From: Octopus sinensis
Lineage: Eukaryota
Assembly: GCF_006345805.1 (NCBI RefSeq)
Contig: NW_021825930.1
Location: forward strand, 1-14,102
Direction of reading: 5' to 3'
DNA length: 14,102 nt
Both the position numbers and the translations under genes were made by a program. The notes beneath the pieces were generated by a model. That model made no database searches and had not been told where the DNA came from. It was given only the letters and a program-made list of their open reading frames with translations. Shown here one piece after another: positions 8,950-14,102 of this stretch; the first letter of the stretch is position 1; every line of letters starts with the position of its first letter.

Positions 8950-10016
8950 CAAAATAATGGGAAGACCTTGTAGAATGGAAGTTTAATTCAAAGTTGTTCC
9001 ACATTTGGCATTAATCACTGCTTTAATGCGTCGAGGAATTAATACGTGCTCGTTCTGAACGGCTGTTGGGGGAAATTTGAGCCCTTCTTCAACTAAAGTC
9101 TGTTTAACTCTTTCAGCGACGATAGTGGCTTCTACTTGCTGCTCCAAAATGCACCGCAATTTTTCGAACATATCAAGATTCGATTGTGATTGTGGGTTCC
9201 AGTCGAAATGGTCTACTTAACTTCTCACCAGTTTTGTATAATATTAACCGTGTGAACGGGTGGATTATCATCACTGAAGATTGAACTACCATCAGGGAAC
9301 AGTTTTTGGTATTAACAAAATGGCCAAGAGAATTTCGTGATACTCCTGCCTTAGTCATCACAGAGCCATGGTTCACGATGGGGGATAATGAATCAGAGCT
9401 GGAAGTTTCTTTGGTCTGTCTCCAGACATAAAATAGACCCAAAGTGGGAAAAGATGATTGATGATTCATCAGAGCAAATGTTGTTTCATTGAGCCATTGA
9501 ACACTTCCAATAGTTTAGATATAGATTTTTTTTCTTTTTCTGGTTATCAGTATTGATGGGAGATAAGAAATTTAACAAGGTGATGGTTAAGCTTTTGTAG
9601 CGTAGTTCAATGGGATTTTTATACACAATACATTTGATTACTCTGCGATCCTTTTCTGAGGGGTTTTACCTTTGGTGTAGAACTATTCTTGCCAGAGGTG
9701 GTTTTACATTGGTTTTCGAATACTACCAAGATTTTAGAGACTGCACCTCACTATATATCAAAAGCAGTTTTAATGACTGATGTTCCAGTCATCCGTGCTC
9801 CAAAAATTTATTGTCATTAGATAGATCACATATTTTAACTTATTTAAATATAAATATCTGCTAAACAAGAGCAGAAGGCTATACCTGATCTACAAGACAT
9901 AATTTGCATATGATCACACATGCCCAATCTAGAATAGTTCTGAATTTCACATATAGCAAATAAAAATAGTTAAATATCTTATTTGCTATATGTTTTCATA
10001 ATTTTGTCCACTCCCG
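8950..10016 (-). mobile_element. Decayed Tc1/mariner (Tc1-like) DNA transposon
   Basis: The right TIR on the minus strand reads TA-CGGGAGTGGACAAAATTATGAAAACA (10018 to 9991). The left TIR remnant is CAAAATAATGGGAAGACC (8950-8967). A transposase relic lies between them. Confidence 0.85.
8983..9831 (-). pseudogene. Tc1-like transposase pseudogene (many frameshifts and deletions)
   Basis: Colinear motifs across frames: ATG at 9831, QIFGARMTGTSVIKTA..RGAVSKI..KTTSGK..SEKDRRVIKCIV (HTH region), ICSDESS (first D, about 9460-9479), FPT..YVWRQ..IVNHGSVM, FSDDNPPVHT (second D, about 9250-9278), WNPQSQSNLDMFEKL (SPDLNxIE-like) and IPRRIKAVINAKCGTT. Confidence 0.88.
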
Positions 10017-10779
10017 TATATATAAGATATTGCAAGTACTACAGTCTATGAGTCGTAATTATAAATGGTTACTTGCGATGTTTGGATGATTATAAAAAAG
10101 CTGTAAGCGGAAATTTGATATACAACAGGTATGCAGTCAAAATGTTTAAATATCGTAACAGACACCGATTGGATGATGCGGGGAAAACATTCTGTATAGC
10201 TGTTGTTTGAAAAACGAGAAGCGTTTGACACTTAGAATGAGAGATATAAATGATACAAAATGATGTGTCAGATAGAAGAAAATTAAATGTGTATAAAAAC
10301 CATACTTATGTAGTGTTGCACAAATGTAAAATTTGGATCTTTATATGTGCGCAAAAGAAATGTAACATTGCAAGAGAAATAACTTGAGTTATCTAGGAGT
10401 CTATAAGTTTTTTTTAAATAATTGTAAGTGATAAAAGTTAATAGTTAACCATCCGTAGAACACACAGAGTAAGTTACTTAGGAGTACATAATTGCTAAGT
10501 ATATACTTCGATTTAAGTCTACCATGGCCTGACATCTATGATCGCACATTTAATTCATCAATATCTTGAAATTATATGAATAACTTTTCGCTTAAATGAT
10601 TTCTTTTAGTAGAGTTTGCTCTGTTGCCAGCATCCTGGCTAGGTTTGTGATTTAGGGATAACTTCTTCGCTTCTTTATAGCGTTGTGGTGGCTGCTCTTC
10701 TCTCTGGCCAGCAATGTCGGTCATCACATTTAAACTGGAGGCTGGATTATGGTATGTGATCTTTCTTCGTTAATTTTCA

Positions 10780-11520
10780 GGCTGGGAGCATTTAAGCATT
10801 TTATGTTTTCTAATTTATTTCTATAACTCTAATTTTGTGAAGCACCAATGAATGTGGCCTCATCTGAAGATAATAAGGTTATATATTTAAAAAATTTGGG
10901 GATGAAATTTCGTATCACAACAGAGTGAATGAGATTCGAATTTTTGCTTAAATATCGATCTTTCTGTAGGATTTCGGCATGTGTAGAATAAATTGGTACC
11001 TAAGTTTAAGGCTATACCCAAATAATTATCTTTGGCGAGCTCAGTGCCAGCTACAATTCTTAAATCTCTTCCATTAAATAATTTTATGCAGTTTCTTTTC
11101 TTAAATCTTTGTAGCTCATGACTGTGTTTATATTACCCGAAACAATAAAACCACTATTTGTTTTAAACGTAGAAAATATGATAATCAAAAGGTTTAAAAT
11201 ATAGAACCCATTACTTTCGCATAATTCAACACTACAGTGCTTTCACAAGGAACATCAAATCACACTTCATTTTTTTCAGTACCCGAAGTGAGATATTGAA
11301 AACTAATAAAGATTGCCTCGTTTGCATTATGATCTTCATTTCAGATTTAAGAATTTGTGAAGAAATATTAAGTTATGAAAAGTGTGAATTCTAGAATGTC
11401 AAACTTCGTGAATCTATGGTGCTGTATGTCTGTGCTACCACTAAGCGTAATGGAAACTAGAATACGTTTATTAATAATACTTTATTCAAGGAGTGCAAAG
11501 ACTGTTGGTGACTTCTTGGA
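10780..11520 (-). pseudogene. Highly degraded non-LTR retrotransposon reverse transcriptase relic (CR1/L2/Jockey-like)
   Basis: Minus-strand motifs in the expected order across broken frames: ALLE*SIINKRIL, IQHHRF (QHGF-like), EAIFISFQ (DxIYLDF-like), VLNYA (eroded YADD), LFNGRDLRIV, YLGIAL, MRPH..ASQN*S (RPxLEYxxxxWS-like) and KLENI. Each motif is weak alone; the support comes from their colinearity. Confidence 0.5.
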
Positions 11521-11654
11521 CTGCTCCGCTATTTATTCAAGCGGGGAAGAATTACTGGATTTGAGCTCACATGCCACAGAGCGAGAAGAAATACCATTAT
11601 GATTAACTATTTTATCCCACGGTCATACAATAATGTCAAATTATCTAACAAATG

Positions 11655-11832
11655 CATGCACAAACACACATCCATCTACCCATTCATTCATACACATTTG
11701 TATGCATGCATATATATACATACATGCATACTTATATACATAAGTGCAAATATGTATATATACACACCCATATATGCAAATATAAATATGTATATATATA
11801 TATATATATATACATATAAATATATGTATGTA

Positions 11833-11866
<34 letters not shown>

Positions 11867-11872
11867 TGTGTA
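11655..11872. repeat. (CA/TA)n and (TG)n microsatellite cluster
   Basis: Read directly from the sequence. Confidence 0.9.
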
Positions 11873-12177
11873 TGGAACAAAAACGCAATCGAGGACATTA
11901 AAACATTCGAAAAGATAGACGATACAAAGACGAACAAGAGAAACAACGAATAGAAGGACAGGCAAAAAGACGGGTCATTCTTGGCTTCTTTTCTTCAGTC
12001 AAGTTCCAGAAGTCACGACCATTTCGGACAGTTACACTTGAGATGGTTCGATCTGGTTGTCCCCCAAAAAGTCTAAGCTAAGTGCATTAGATCACTTTGT
12101 AAGAAAGCTAGCGAACGTGTACGGCAACAAAGACAAAAAACGGAGAACATGGTACACAACTACGAATACAAACAACG

Positions 12178-12178
<1 letters not shown>
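11873..12178 (-). repeat. Interspersed repeat, family X, copy 2 (about 305 bp, bounded by microsatellites)
   Basis: The minus strand contains CTCAAGTGTAACTGTCCGAAATGGTCGTGACTTCTGGAACTTGACTGAAGAAAAGAAGCCAAGAATGACCCGTC, homologous to 5475-5547. Confidence 0.65.
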
Positions 12179-12225
<47 letters not shown>

Positions 12226-12226
<1 letters not shown>

Positions 12227-12384
12227 CCTTGTGTTGGTGTGTTCGCCTCCCTGTAACTTAGCGGTTCGTGCAAAAGCGATTCGGGCAAAAGAAGAGTCAA
12301 GATTGATTCAATCTTTCGAATAAAAATTCAAGGCGATGCCCCAGCATGGCCACTGTATATTGACTGAAACATGTAAAAGATAGA
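12226..12384 (+). mobile_element. 5'-truncated, diverged 3' half of a family A SINE
   Basis: GTAACTTAGCGGTTCG.GCAAAAG ... AAGGCGATGCCCCAGCATGGCCAC ... TGACTGAAACATGTAAAAGA matches the 3' part of 12467-12912. Confidence 0.8.
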
Positions 12385-12400
12385 TTTTCTTTTTTTTTTA

Positions 12401-12442
12401 TTCATTTCAACCACGCTGCCGTGGTCATGCTGGAGCACCACC
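12401..12442 (-). mobile_element. Short inverted 3'-end fragment of a family A SINE
   Basis: The reverse complement GGTGGTGCTCCAGCATGACCACGGCAGCGTGGTTGAAATGAA, followed by an A-rich tail, resembles GGCGGTGCTCCAGCATGGCCGCAG...TGAAAC. Confidence 0.65.
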
Positions 12443-12466
12443 ATGGTTTTGCTGAAATATTTCATA

Positions 12467-12912
12467 GGCGCAGGAGTGGCTGTGTGGTAAATAGCTTGCT
12501 AACCAGCCACATGGTTCCGCGTTCAGTCCCACTACGTGGCACCTTGGGCAAGTGACTTCTGCTATAGCCCCGGGCCAACCAATGCCTTGTGAGTGGATTT
12601 GGTAGACGGAAACTGAAAGAAACCTGTCGTATATATGAATATATATATATCTATATATATATATTATGTGTGGTTGTGTGTTTGTGTGTCTGTGTTTGTC
12701 CCCCTAGCATTGCTTGACAACCGATGCTTGTTGTGTTACGTTCCCGTCACTTAGCGGTTCGGCAAAAGAACTGATAGAATAAGTACTGGGCTTACAAAGA
12801 ATACGGTTACAAAGATAAGTCCGGGGGTCGATTTGCTCGACTAAAGGCGGTGCTCCAGCATGGCCGCAGTCAAATGACTGAAACAAGTAAAAGAGTAAAG
12901 AGTAAAAGAGTA
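12467..12912 (+). mobile_element. tRNA-derived SINE (family A), full length, copy 2
   Basis: Same head as copy 1, a CORE-like ACCTTGGGCAAGTGACTT, an internal (TA)n/(TG)n, and a tandem tail (GTAAAAGA/GTAAAGA)x3. Confidence 0.93.
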
Positions 12913-13185
12913 TGTGTTGTTGAAGCGGAGTTGATTGGCGACATATTTGGTGTGGGTGGGTGCATAATTTAGCGAAATTCTATGTGTATTTATATTGGTT
13001 TGGCACAACACTTCCAATTTAAATCTTTTGATTAATCTTTTTTTATTGAAAACAACATGTTAAAGTAATTTAGAGGTTTTTGTTTATTTAGCTTTTAATT
13101 TGGCCAAGGATCATATCATATCACCTTATTAAACAACTCTCAGACTACTGCAATATTTTCGGCTTCTCAAATGTCTTATGGTACC

Positions 13186-13589
13186 ATATATGCATGTATG
13201 CATGAGTGTGTGTGTGTGTGTGTTGTGTGTGTGTGCATGTATGTCTACACACACATATACGTACAGATGCATAAATACGCGCTTGTACATATATAAACAT
13301 ATATATATATATATATATATAACGAGGCATTCTAAAACGTCTTTCTTTCTCTCATATATATATATATATATATGTATGTATGTGCATATATATGCATGCT
13401 ACATTATGTGTGTGTATATATAATATATGTATATATATATGTATAATATATACTTATCTACATGTATATTTGTATATACCATGCATATACATTTATACTA
13501 TAATATAACATATCTACATAACTATATATGTATATGTGTATGTATATATGTATATGTATATATATGTAGTATATATTATATATAGATAT

Positions 13590-13634
<45 letters not shown>

Positions 13635-13845
13635 AGAGTTTATATGTGATATATTTTAATTAAATCCCTATGTATGTTTATGGTCTCTATTTGTATGCAT
13701 TTGTGTGTGTGTCTGTGTGTTTCTTTGTATGTGTGGGGGGGTTGTGCATGTGTGTTTGTGTGGGGATGTGTTGCGAGTGTATGTGTGTGTGTGTGTGTGT
13801 ATGTTAGTATACTTGTATGTTAGTTTGTCCCTGTGTGTATGCATA
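13186..13845. repeat. Extended (TG)n/(TA)n/(TATG)n microsatellite field
   Basis: Read directly from the sequence. Confidence 0.9.
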
Positions 13846-14028
13846 TATTAAATGAACCAGAGTGTAACGCAAAAAAAAATCCATTAAACGTTTCTCTCGT
13901 TTAGTGTCAATTTATTTTTTTTCCTACATGTAGAATGAATGTGAAGACATATATTCGTATGACGTGATATATATCAACACATGTAGGAAATACATGAAAT
14001 AATATACTATGCAAAATAATTCTATATA

Positions 14029-14102
14029 GCCGCAGACGTGGCTGTGTGGTAAGAAGCTTGCTCACCAGCCACAGGGTCCAAGGTTCAGTCCCACTGCATG
14101 GC
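14029..14102 (+). mobile_element. tRNA-like head of a family A SINE, copy 3 (cut by the window end)
   Basis: GCCGCAGACGTGGCTGTGTGGTAAGAAGCTTGCTCACCAGCCAC...GGTTCAGTCCCACTGCATGGC aligns with 4651-4724. Confidence 0.9.

Overview
AT-rich eukaryotic non-genic DNA (intergenic or intronic), most likely from an octopus or another coleoid cephalopod. That taxon call is my recognition of the SINE families and microsatellite style, not a database result. I can support no host protein-coding gene, and most ORFs in the track are microsatellite artefacts. The window is a mosaic of (GGT)n/(GTA)n/(TA)n/(CA)n tracts and decayed mobile elements. These are the 3' end of a Penelope-like retroelement (frameshifted GIY-YIG endonuclease) with a variant minimal hammerhead-ribozyme-like motif, about six tRNA-derived SINE copies or fragments from three families, an internally deleted Merlin/IS1595(ISXO2)-like DNA transposon with perfect 18-bp TIRs, a decayed Tc1/mariner element and a very old LINE RT relic. 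The two most interesting signals are RNA-structural. One is the non-canonical hammerhead at 2373-2408. The other is a second repeat family (5475-5600 +, 11873-12178 -) whose two diverged copies keep a covarying stem-loop directly followed by CUGAAGA.
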